Shown one piece after another: positions 1 through 7,803 of a DNA stretch of 64,000 nt (within the stretch, counting starts at the first letter, position 1; each line of letters opens with the position of its first letter). A model generated the notes under the pieces. It saw only the letters and a program-made list of their open reading frames with translations, searched no databases and had not been told where the DNA came from. A program made the position numbers and the translations under genes. This stretch comes from an uncultured Rhodospirillales bacterium (GTDB lineage Bacteria > Pseudomonadota > Alphaproteobacteria > Acetobacterales > Acetobacteraceae), in assembly GCA_903893975.1 (NCBI GenBank), contig CAITOL010000064.1:2001-66000 (forward strand), written 5' to 3'.

Positions 1-222
1 GTAGAGAATAACCAGCAACGGCGTGTTGCGCATCACCTCCACGTAAGCCGCCCCCAGCAGCCGCACCGGGCGCAACGCGCTGCGGCGCATCAGCGCCACC
101 AACGCGCCCAGCGCGATGGACAGCACAATCGCCAGCAGCGACAGCGACAGGGTGTTCAGCGCCGATTGCCATAGATCCCCGAAATACGGATATATCGTCC
201 GTAAAGTGAAACTATACCCCAT
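1..222 (-). CDS. amino-acid ABC transporter permease, N-terminal part (gene runs off the left edge)
   Basis: Reverse translation from ATG 222-220 gives MGYSFTLRTIYPYFGDLWQSALNTLSLSLLAIVLSIALGALVALMRRSALRPVRLLGAAYVEVMRNTPLLVILY. This is the first TM helix plus the start of the conserved core of His/Glu/Gln/Arg/opine-family permeases. It lies 24 nt downstream of the binding-protein gene on the same strand. Confidence 0.7.
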   Translation of the reverse strand, partial: MGYSFTLRTIYPYFGDLWQSALNTLSLSLLAIVLSIALGALVALMRRSALRPVRLLGAAYVEVMRNTPLLVILY

Positions 223-246
223 CGGCGCTGATCCCCGACCCTTCGG

Positions 247-1065
247 TTAGTACGGCGCCTGGATCTTCGGTTGTTCGAAGCCGAACCACTTTTCAAACAG
301 CCTGGCGTTGTCGCCCGATGCGTTGAACTGATCGACGAACAGGTTGAGGATGCGCAGCAGATCCGGCTCACCCTGCGGCAGGCCAATGGCGATTTCCGCC
401 CGCGCCAGCGTGCCATCCAGCTGCTTCAGCTTGCCCGGACGGTCCTTGATCGCCTGCAGATTGTAAAACTGATCTTCCGCCATCATGTCCGCCTGTCCGT
501 TCAGCAGCGCGCTCATCTGATCCGCCTGCCCGCTGAAGCGCACCAAATTCGCCTTCGGGAACGCCGCCGGCACAACCTTGTCCGCGGTGCCGCCACGGTC
601 GATGGCGATTTTGTAGCCGGTGCCATCGGCCATTTCCGCCAGCGACTTCACCTTCGCATCCGCCGGCGCCAGCATCCGCATCGCCGTCACCAGATACGGA
701 TTGGTGAACGCGATGGTGGTGGAACGTTCCACGTTGCGGGTAAAGTCGGCAATCGTCACATCCACCTTGTGCGTCTGCAACGAGGTGATGCGCCCGGCAA
801 TGTCGGTCACCACAAATTCCGGCTTCACCTTCAGCGCATCGGCCAGGCGGCGGGCGATATCGATATCATAGCCCTCGGCCTCCCCGTTCGGCAGCAGCTT
901 GCTGTACGGCGGCAGGCTGGGAAGAATGGCAATCCGAATGGTGCCACGGCTCAGAATTTGTTGCAGCGCCGTGCCGCTTTGCGCCAGCGCCGAGGTGGCC
1001 GATGTGGTGAGCAGTGCGGCGGCGACAAGCGCGCCACGCAGAAACAGTCCGCGTTTGGTGGGCAT
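247..1065 (-). CDS. polar amino-acid ABC transporter substrate-binding protein (family 3)
   Basis: Track ORF 247..1248 trimmed to the internal ATG at 1065. That start gives a Sec signal peptide (MPTKRGLFLRGALVAAALLTTSATSALAQ). The rest is typical of family 3 (RGTIRIAI..PPYS..GYDIDIARRLA..TIADFTRN..ERSTTIAFTNPY). Confidence 0.85.
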   Translation of the reverse strand: MPTKRGLFLRGALVAAALLTTSATSALAQSGTALQQILSRGTIRIAILPSLPPYSKLLPNGEAEGYDIDIARRLADALKVKPEFVVTDIAGRITSLQTHKVDVTIADFTRNVERSTTIAFTNPYLVTAMRMLAPADAKVKSLAEMADGTGYKIAIDRGGTADKVVPAAFPKANLVRFSGQADQMSALLNGQADMMAEDQFYNLQAIKDRPGKLKQLDGTLARAEIAIGLPQGEPDLLRILNLFVDQFNASGDNARLFEKWFGFEQPKIQAPY

Positions 1066-1102
1066 GGGTTTCACTCCTATGGTTTCTTGCAGCAGGTGGT
1101 CC

Positions 1103-1124
1103 GGTATCTTGTATACAAGGATAC
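1103..1124. promoter_or_regulatory. palindromic operator-like site in a divergent intergenic region
   Basis: Sequence is ggtatCTTGTATACAAGgatac. The core 1108-1119 (CTTGTATACAAG) is a perfect 12-bp palindrome with partly symmetric arms. It sits between the divergent starts at 1065 (-) and 1236 (+). It has the GT-N-AC architecture of GntR/FadR-type operators. Confidence 0.45.
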
Positions 1125-1235
1125 ATTGCCTCCGCGCCACGTCAAGCCCAACCAGTCTGTGTTGACGCCTTCGATCGGCAGGCGTCACAGTGCCGGCAAC
1201 ACGGCCGACGTAAAAAAACGGGGCGGAGGAAACCA

Positions 1236-3557
1236 ATGGCTGGTGCACTGGCGGGCATTCATGTGCTCGATCTCACCGATGACATCGCCGGGCAATTCTG
1301 CGCCCGCATGCTGGCCGATTACGGCGCCGAGGTCGTGTTGGTGGAGCCGCCGGACGGCAGCCGCACCCGCCAGGGCGCCAGCGCCTTGTTCCGCCACCTC
1401 AACACCGGCAAAGCCGGCGCCACACCGGCAGCCTTGGCCACGCTGCCGGCAGCGGCGGATGTGATTCTAGTCGGCGCCCAGGCCGACCGCGCCAGCCTCA
1501 CCACCCTGGCACCGCAGGCCATCCTCGCCACCATTTCCGACTTTGGCGCCGACGGGCCGTGGCGGGACTGGCGCGGCTGCGAGATGATTTACCAAGCTTT
1601 GTCCGGCGTGATGCACGCCAGCGGCGATGCCGGCCGCCCCCCACTCTACGGCTGCGGCGACCGGGCATCATACGGCGCCGGCGTCGCGGCCTGCATCGCG
1701 GTGCTGGCCGCCCTGTTCGCACGCGGGCGCTACGGGGTGGCGCAGGCGGTGGCGGTGGATATTGCGGAGACCGCCGCCTGCATGGCCAACCCCTTCGTCA
1801 CCCAGTTCCTCTACAGCGGCCGGGTGGAAAGCCGCGCCGGGCGCCGGTCCCCGGTCGGCTGGGTGCAGTGCCGCGATGGCTGGGTGGGCTACTACCTGCA
1901 CGCCCATTTATTCGCGCCGATGTGCACCGCCCTCGGGCTGCCAGACCTGGCAACCGACCCACGCTTCGCCGCCCCCAAAGCCCGGCTAGACCATTGGGCG
2001 GCCCTCGCCGCTTCGGTGCAGGCGCATTGCGCGAATTGGCCGGCCGATGATCTGGTCGCACGCTTGCAATCGGCCCGCGTGGTCACCTCACGGGCGTTTT
2101 CACTGCCGGAGTTGCGCGGCCAGAACGCGCAGCTGGACGCACGGAATTTCTGGGAAACCATCGGGCCAGAGACCATCCTCGGGCCGCAATTCCGCTTTTC
2201 CGCCACACCGCGCCAGATCACCCGCGCCGCCCCGCGCCTGGGCGATGCCACAACCCGCTTTACCAGCCCGCACCGCCTGCCCCCGCCGCCCTGCCCGCCC
2301 CCACCCGGCCGCGGGCCGCTGGATGGACTGCGCGTGGTGGAGTTCACCACCGCCTGGGCCGGGCCGATGGCCGGGCGCATTCTGGCCTGGCTGGGGGCGG
2401 AGGTGGTGCATGTCGAATCCGCCGGCCGGCTCGATTCCTGGCGCCAGCATAATCAGGTCTTCAACCCCGGCCGCTACCCGCGCGACGGCGCCGGCGACCA
2501 TCCCTGGGATCGCTGCGCCCTGTTCAACTCGCAAAACGCCAACAAATTATCCCTCTCGCTCGATATCAAGCAGCCCGCCGCCCGCGCGGCGATGGACCGG
2601 GTGCTGGCCAAAGCCGATGTCGTGCTGTGCAACTTCACCGCCGGCACCCTGGCGCGGATGGGCTTCGGCTACGACCGGCTGCAAGCGTTGCGGCCCGATA
2701 TCATCGTGGCGGAAATGCCGCCCTTCGGCGCCACCGGGCCCATGGCCGCCGCCACCGCCATCGGCCCGTCGATGGAAATGGCCGCCGGCATGGCCAGCAT
2801 GATCGGCTATGCCGACGGCCCGCCCGCCGTCACCGGGCCGACCTATCCAGACCCGGTGGGCGCGCTGAACGCGGCAGCGGCGGTGCTGATCGCCCTGCTG
2901 CACCGCCAGGCCAGCGGCGCCGGGCAGCACGTGGAAGTGCCGCAGGTCGAAGCCGGCATGCAGTTCATCGGCGAACATATCCTGCACGCGCTGCAAACCG
3001 GATTGGCGCCGCCCCGGCGCGGCAACCGGGTCGATTGGGCCGCCCCGCATGACGCCTTCCCCGCCGCTGGCGACGATGAATGGATCGCCATCGCCGCCCC
3101 TGATGACGCCGCCTGGCAGGCGCTGTGCGCGGCCATCGGGCGGGACGATCTGGCCGCCGACCCCCGCCTCGCCACCCTCGCCGGCCGGCAGGCGCATGAC
3201 GACGAAATTGGCGCCGCCATCACCACCTGGACCCGCGGTCAGAACAAACACACCGCCGCCGCTGCCTTGCAGGCGCGCGGCATCGCCGCCGCCCCGGTGC
3301 AAAACGGCCGCGACGGCGCCGCCAGCCCCTATCTGCACGCCCGCGGCTATTTCACCGCGCTGGTGCACAGCGATATCGGCCCGGTGGTGCAGGAAGGCCT
3401 GCCCTTCCATCTGGCCACCACGCCCGGCAGCGACCGCTTCGCCGCCCCCTGCCTGGGTGAGCACAGCCAACGCGTGCTGTCGCAGATCGGTGGCCTGTCA
3501 GACGCCGAAATTGCCGCGCTAGACGCCGCCGGGGCGATCTCGGCGGTGCCGCTGTAA
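1236..3557 (+). CDS. tandem-fused family III (CaiB/BaiF) CoA-transferase, two complete modules in one chain
   Basis: Track ORF 1014..3557 trimmed to ATG 1236, which follows GGAGGA at 1225-1230. Module 1 starts GIHVLDLTDDIAGQFCARMLADYGAEVVLVEPP. Module 2 starts GLRVVEFTTAWAGPMAGRILAWLGAEVVHVES. A proline-run linker (PPPPCPPPPGRGP) joins them. Confidence 0.85.
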   Translation: MAGALAGIHVLDLTDDIAGQFCARMLADYGAEVVLVEPPDGSRTRQGASALFRHLNTGKAGATPAALATLPAAADVILVGAQADRASLTTLAPQAILATISDFGADGPWRDWRGCEMIYQALSGVMHASGDAGRPPLYGCGDRASYGAGVAACIAVLAALFARGRYGVAQAVAVDIAETAACMANPFVTQFLYSGRVESRAGRRSPVGWVQCRDGWVGYYLHAHLFAPMCTALGLPDLATDPRFAAPKARLDHWAALAASVQAHCANWPADDLVARLQSARVVTSRAFSLPELRGQNAQLDARNFWETIGPETILGPQFRFSATPRQITRAAPRLGDATTRFTSPHRLPPPPCPPPPGRGPLDGLRVVEFTTAWAGPMAGRILAWLGAEVVHVESAGRLDSWRQHNQVFNPGRYPRDGAGDHPWDRCALFNSQNANKLSLSLDIKQPAARAAMDRVLAKADVVLCNFTAGTLARMGFGYDRLQALRPDIIVAEMPPFGATGPMAAATAIGPSMEMAAGMASMIGYADGPPAVTGPTYPDPVGALNAAAAVLIALLHRQASGAGQHVEVPQVEAGMQFIGEHILHALQTGLAPPRRGNRVDWAAPHDAFPAAGDDEWIAIAAPDDAAWQALCAAIGRDDLAADPRLATLAGRQAHDDEIGAAITTWTRGQNKHTAAAALQARGIAAAPVQNGRDGAASPYLHARGYFTALVHSDIGPVVQEGLPFHLATTPGSDRFAAPCLGEHSQRVLSQIGGLSDAEIAALDAAGAISAVPL

Positions 3558-3574
3558 CCCGGGGAGTCCCGCCG

Positions 3575-4396
3575 ATGACGGACTACAAAACCATCCTCTA
3601 CGCCGTGGAAGACCAGATCGCCCGCATCACCCTCAACCGGCCGGAAGCCCGCAACGCGCAGAGCACCGAATTGCTGCACGAACTCGACCACGCCATCCTG
3701 CGCGCCGGCGACGACCCGGCGGCGCGGGTAATCGTGCTGTCCGGCGCCGGCGATCATTTCTCCGCCGGGCACGACCTGGGCACACAGCAGGAAATGGCCT
3801 GGCGCGAAGCCCATCCGGTTGCTCCGGGCATGCGCGGCTTTCACGACCGCACCTGGCGGCTCTATGTCGATATGCACCTACGCTGGCGCAACGTGCCCAA
3901 ACCGATGCTCGCCGCCGTGCAGGGCTACTGCATCTTCGGCGGCTGGATGGTGGCATCGACCGCCGATGTGGTGTTCGCCGCCGATGACGCGATGTTCCTC
4001 GGCTCGTTGTTTCAATATTTCTCCATCCCCTGGGACCTGCATCCGCGCCGCGCGAAGGAGATTTTGTTTCAAGGCCGGTTTGTCGATGCCGCCCAGGCGC
4101 GCGAACTCGGCCTGGTCAACCGGGTACTGCCACGCGCCGGCCTGATGGATGCCGTCATCGCTTATGCGCAGGATGTGGCGCAGAACGACCCGCAGCAGAT
4201 GCGGCTGGTCAAGCAGGCGGTCAACCAGGTGCAGGATGCCCAAGGCTTCACCGCCGGCATCCAGAATTCGCACGCGATGTACATGTCGAACTGGGCGACG
4301 GAAAAAGACCCTGGCTTCGCCCTGTCCGCCCCGCCCGGCAAGCGGCGGCCGATGGTGCAGGTCGCCCTGGAACGCTACCGCCGCGACCGTGGCTAA
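3575..4396 (+). CDS. enoyl-CoA hydratase/isomerase (crotonase) superfamily protein
   Basis: The N-terminus ILYAVEDQIARITLNRPEARNAQS..VIVLSGAGDHFSAGHDLG and the AAVQGYCIFGG oxyanion-hole region are typical of the crotonase fold. It begins 17 nt after the CoA-transferase stop. Confidence 0.85.
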   Translation: MTDYKTILYAVEDQIARITLNRPEARNAQSTELLHELDHAILRAGDDPAARVIVLSGAGDHFSAGHDLGTQQEMAWREAHPVAPGMRGFHDRTWRLYVDMHLRWRNVPKPMLAAVQGYCIFGGWMVASTADVVFAADDAMFLGSLFQYFSIPWDLHPRRAKEILFQGRFVDAAQARELGLVNRVLPRAGLMDAVIAYAQDVAQNDPQQMRLVKQAVNQVQDAQGFTAGIQNSHAMYMSNWATEKDPGFALSAPPGKRRPMVQVALERYRRDRG

Positions 4397-4425
4397 AACC
4401 TGACAACAAACGAGGTTCCCGCAAG

Positions 4426-7400
4426 ATGCCCATCTCCCGCCTGCTCATCGCCAATCGCGGTGAGATCGCCATTCGCATTGCCCGCACCGCCGCCGAGATG
4501 GGCATCACCAGCGTGGCGGTCTATTCCGAGGACGACGCGCAATCCCTGCATGTGCGCGCGGCGGATGAGGCGGTGCCGCTGGCGGGCTCCGGCGCGGCCG
4601 CCTATCTGGATGCGGCCCAGCTGATCGCGCTGGCACAAACCCATGGCTGCGACGCGGTGCATCCCGGCTACGGCTTCATCAGCGAAAATGCCGGCTTTGC
4701 CCGCGCCTGCGCCGCCGCCGGCCTGTGCTTCGTCGGCCCGCAGCCGGACGTGCTGGACCTGTTCGGCGACAAGGCCCAGGCGCGGCGCTTTGCCGGGGCG
4801 CACGGCGTGCCAATGGTCGCCGGCACCGACCACGCGACCAGCCTGGCGGAAGCCACCGCGTTTCTCGACCGGCTCGGCTCCGGCGGAGCGATCATGATCA
4901 AGGCCATCGCCGGCGGCGGCGGCCGCGGCATGCGTCCGGTGACCGAGGCCGCCGATCTGCCGACCGCCTTCGCACGCTGCCAGGCGGAGGCTCTGTCCGC
5001 ATTCGGCAATGGCGATGTCTATGTCGAGCAGTTATTCCTGCGCCCGCGCCATATCGAAATCCAGATCCTCGGCGACGGCACCGGCGCGGTGGCGCATCTG
5101 TGGGAACGCGAATGCAGCGTGCAGCGCGCGCGTCAGAAAATCATCGAAATCGCCCCCGCCCCGTTCCTGCGCCCAGCGGTGCGGGACCGGCTGCTGGCGG
5201 CGGCAACCCGGCTGGCGGCGGCGGCGCGGTATCGCAACGCCGGCACGTTCGAATTCCTGGTCGATGCCAGCGTAGACCGCGACGACGCCACCATCGCCTT
5301 CATCGAAGCCAATGCCCGGCTCCAGGTCGAACACACCGTCACTGAGGAAGTCACCGGGGTGGATCTGGTGCGCGCGCAGCTGGAAATCGCCGCCGGGGCC
5401 ACCTTGGCGGAACTGGGGCTGACCCAGACCGATATCCCCACCCCGCGCGGCATGGCGCTGCAAGCGCGGGTGAATCTGGAAACCATGGGCGCCGATGGCA
5501 GCGTGCGCGGGGCGGGCGGGGTCCTGACGGCCTACGATCCGCCATCCGGCCCCGGGGTGCGGGTGGATGGCTACGGCTATGCCGGCTACCGCACCAATCC
5601 GCGCTTTGACAGCCTGCTGGCCAAGGTGATCGTCCACGCCAGCAGCCCGCGCCTCACCGATCTGGCCACCAAAGCAGACCGGGCGCTGGCCGAATTCCGC
5701 CTCGCCGGCGCCGCTTCCAATATCGGCTTCCTGCAAGCCGTGCTGCGCCATCCGGCCCTGCTGGCCGGGCATCTGCACACCCGCTTCGTCGAAGAACACC
5801 TCGCCGCCCTCACCACCGCCGAACCCGGCCCCACCCGGCACTTCACCCCGGTGGCGTCCGGCGGGCGCAAACTCGGCACCAAGCTCGACACCTCCGACCC
5901 GCTGGCCATCGTCAGCTACGGCAAGGAAACGGTCGCCGCAGCGGCGCCAGACACCCTCGACGACCTCGCCGGGCCAGAAGGCACGGAGGCGTTGCGCGCG
6001 CCGATGCAAGGCACCATCGTGGCCCTGAGCGTGGCCGAGGGCGATATCGTGCTCGCCGGGCAGGAAGTGATGGTGATGGAGGCGATGAAGATGCAGCACG
6101 CCATCTCCGCCCCGGTGGCCGGCGTGGTGCGCAGCTTCACCATCGCCGCCGGCGATACGGTGTTTGAAGGCCACCCGCTCGCCTTCGTCGAGCCGCGCGC
6201 CGACCTCAGCGGACAAACCCAGGCGGCCGAGGCGGTGGACCTCGACTATATCCGGCCCGATCTGGCCGAGGTGCTCGCCCGCCACGCCCGCACCAAAGAC
6301 GCCGCCCGGCCTGATGCGGTGGCCCGCCGCCGCGCCACCGGCCAACGCACCGCGCGGGAAAACATCGCCGACCTGACCGATGCTGACAGCTTCGTCGAAT
6401 ATGGCGGCCTCACCCTCGCCGCCCGCCGCCGCACCCATAGCGTCGAACAACTCGTCGCCGAAAGCCCGGCCGACGGCATCATCATGGGCCTGGCCAGCAT
6501 CAACGGCGACCGGTTCCCCGAAGATAAAAGCCGCGCCATGGTGGCGTCTTACGACTACACCGTCATGGCCGGCACCCAGGGCCGCAACGGCCACCGCAAG
6601 CAAGACCGCATGTTCGAACTGGCGGCGCAGTTGCGCATTCCCGTGGTGCTGTTCGCCGAGGGCGGCGGCGGGCGTGGCAGCGACAGCGACACCATTGGCG
6701 GCTCGGAAACCGACACGTTCTACCGCTTCGCCGCGCTCTCCGGCGGCGCACCGCTGATCGGCATCGCCTCCGGCCGCTGCTTCGCCGGCAACGCGGTGCT
6801 GCTCGGCTGCTGCGACGTGATCATCGCCACCGAAGGCACCACCATCGGCATGGCCGGCCCGGCGATGATCGAAGGCGGCGGCCTGGGCGTCTACCGGCCG
6901 GAGGAAGTGGGGCCGCTGGCGGTACAGGTCGCCAACGGCGTGGTGGATATCGCGGTCAAGGACGAGGCGGAAGCCGTGGCGACGGCCAAGCAATATCTGT
7001 CCTATTTCCAAGGCGCGGTGCAGGGCTGGACCTGCCCCGATCAGCGCCTGCTGCGCCACGTGGTGCCCGATAACCGCCTGCGCGGCTACGATATGCGCGA
7101 CCTGATCGCCACCCTCGCCGACACCGGCAGCGTGCTGGAACTGCGGCGCGGCTGGGGGCATGGCATGATCACCGCGCTGATCCGTATCGAGGGCCGGCCG
7201 ATGGGAGTGATTGCCAACAACCCGCTGCATCTCGGCGGCGCCATCGATGCGGATGCCGCCGACAAAGCCGCCCGCTTCATGCAGTTATGCGACGCGCACG
7301 ACCTGCCGCTGCTGTCACTCTGCGACAATCCCGGCAACATGGTCGGCCCGGAAGCGGAAAAAACCGCCCTGGTGCGCCATTGCTGCCGCGCCTACGTGGT

Positions 7401-7800
7401 CGGCGCCAATCTGGACGTGCCAACCTTCATGGTCATGACCCGCAAATCCTACGGCCTCGGCAAACTGGCGATGACCGGCGGCGGCATGAAGGTGGGCGTG
7501 TTCGCAGTGGCCTGGCCCACCGGGGAATTCGGCGGCATGGGGCTGGAAGGCCAGGTGAAACTCGGCCGCCGCAAGGAACTCGCCGCCATCGCCGACCCGG
7601 AGGAACGCCGCGCCACCTACGAAAAATGGGTCGCCGAACTCTACGAAATCGGCAAGGCGCTCAACACCGGATCGCACTACCAGGTGGATGACGTGATCGA
7701 CCCAGCCGAAACCCGCCGCTGGATCGTCACCGGCCTGCGCTCCGTGCCGCCAACCCCGGTGCGCCACGGCAAAAAGCGCGCCTGCGTGGATGGCTGGTAA
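4426..7800 (+). CDS. single-chain biotin-dependent acyl-CoA carboxylase (BC-BCCP-CT fusion)
   Basis: Biotin carboxylase: ISRLLIANRGEIAIRIARTAAEMGI and KAIAGGGGRGMR. Biotinyl domain: EAMKMQH, with Lys555 encoded by AAG 6088-6090. C-terminal carboxyltransferase: MAGTQGRNGHRKQDRMFELAAQLRIPVVLFAEGGGGR and GGAIDADAADKAARFMQLCDAHDLPLLSLCDNPGNMVG. Confidence 0.9.
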   Translation: MPISRLLIANRGEIAIRIARTAAEMGITSVAVYSEDDAQSLHVRAADEAVPLAGSGAAAYLDAAQLIALAQTHGCDAVHPGYGFISENAGFARACAAAGLCFVGPQPDVLDLFGDKAQARRFAGAHGVPMVAGTDHATSLAEATAFLDRLGSGGAIMIKAIAGGGGRGMRPVTEAADLPTAFARCQAEALSAFGNGDVYVEQLFLRPRHIEIQILGDGTGAVAHLWERECSVQRARQKIIEIAPAPFLRPAVRDRLLAAATRLAAAARYRNAGTFEFLVDASVDRDDATIAFIEANARLQVEHTVTEEVTGVDLVRAQLEIAAGATLAELGLTQTDIPTPRGMALQARVNLETMGADGSVRGAGGVLTAYDPPSGPGVRVDGYGYAGYRTNPRFDSLLAKVIVHASSPRLTDLATKADRALAEFRLAGAASNIGFLQAVLRHPALLAGHLHTRFVEEHLAALTTAEPGPTRHFTPVASGGRKLGTKLDTSDPLAIVSYGKETVAAAAPDTLDDLAGPEGTEALRAPMQGTIVALSVAEGDIVLAGQEVMVMEAMKMQHAISAPVAGVVRSFTIAAGDTVFEGHPLAFVEPRADLSGQTQAAEAVDLDYIRPDLAEVLARHARTKDAARPDAVARRRATGQRTARENIADLTDADSFVEYGGLTLAARRRTHSVEQLVAESPADGIIMGLASINGDRFPEDKSRAMVASYDYTVMAGTQGRNGHRKQDRMFELAAQLRIPVVLFAEGGGGRGSDSDTIGGSETDTFYRFAALSGGAPLIGIASGRCFAGNAVLLGCCDVIIATEGTTIGMAGPAMIEGGGLGVYRPEEVGPLAVQVANGVVDIAVKDEAEAVATAKQYLSYFQGAVQGWTCPDQRLLRHVVPDNRLRGYDMRDLIATLADTGSVLELRRGWGHGMITALIRIEGRPMGVIANNPLHLGGAIDADAADKAARFMQLCDAHDLPLLSLCDNPGNMVGPEAEKTALVRHCCRAYVVGANLDVPTFMVMTRKSYGLGKLAMTGGGMKVGVFAVAWPTGEFGGMGLEGQVKLGRRKELAAIADPEERRATYEKWVAELYEIGKALNTGSHYQVDDVIDPAETRRWIVTGLRSVPPTPVRHGKKRACVDGW

Positions 7801-7803
7801 GCC

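Noticed and set aside
1014-1235. Upstream extension of the CoA-transferase ORF (MRRRQARHAETVRVWW...), and similar 5' extensions of many track ORFs, for example 22918..24015, 25124..26257, 26124..27338, 37845..39752, 44765..47122 and 46384..47961.
   Set aside because: The extensions overlap upstream genes or intergenic promoters, are low-complexity, and precede clear signal peptides, SD motifs or stop/start overlaps that mark the real starts.
5032-7230. 732-aa minus-strand ORF, plus many 60-200-aa ORFs in the same region.
   Set aside because: It is antisense to the biotin carboxylase gene and has shadow-ORF composition (HRRAGHADGG..., GGDADQRCAAGERG). There are no start context or family features.
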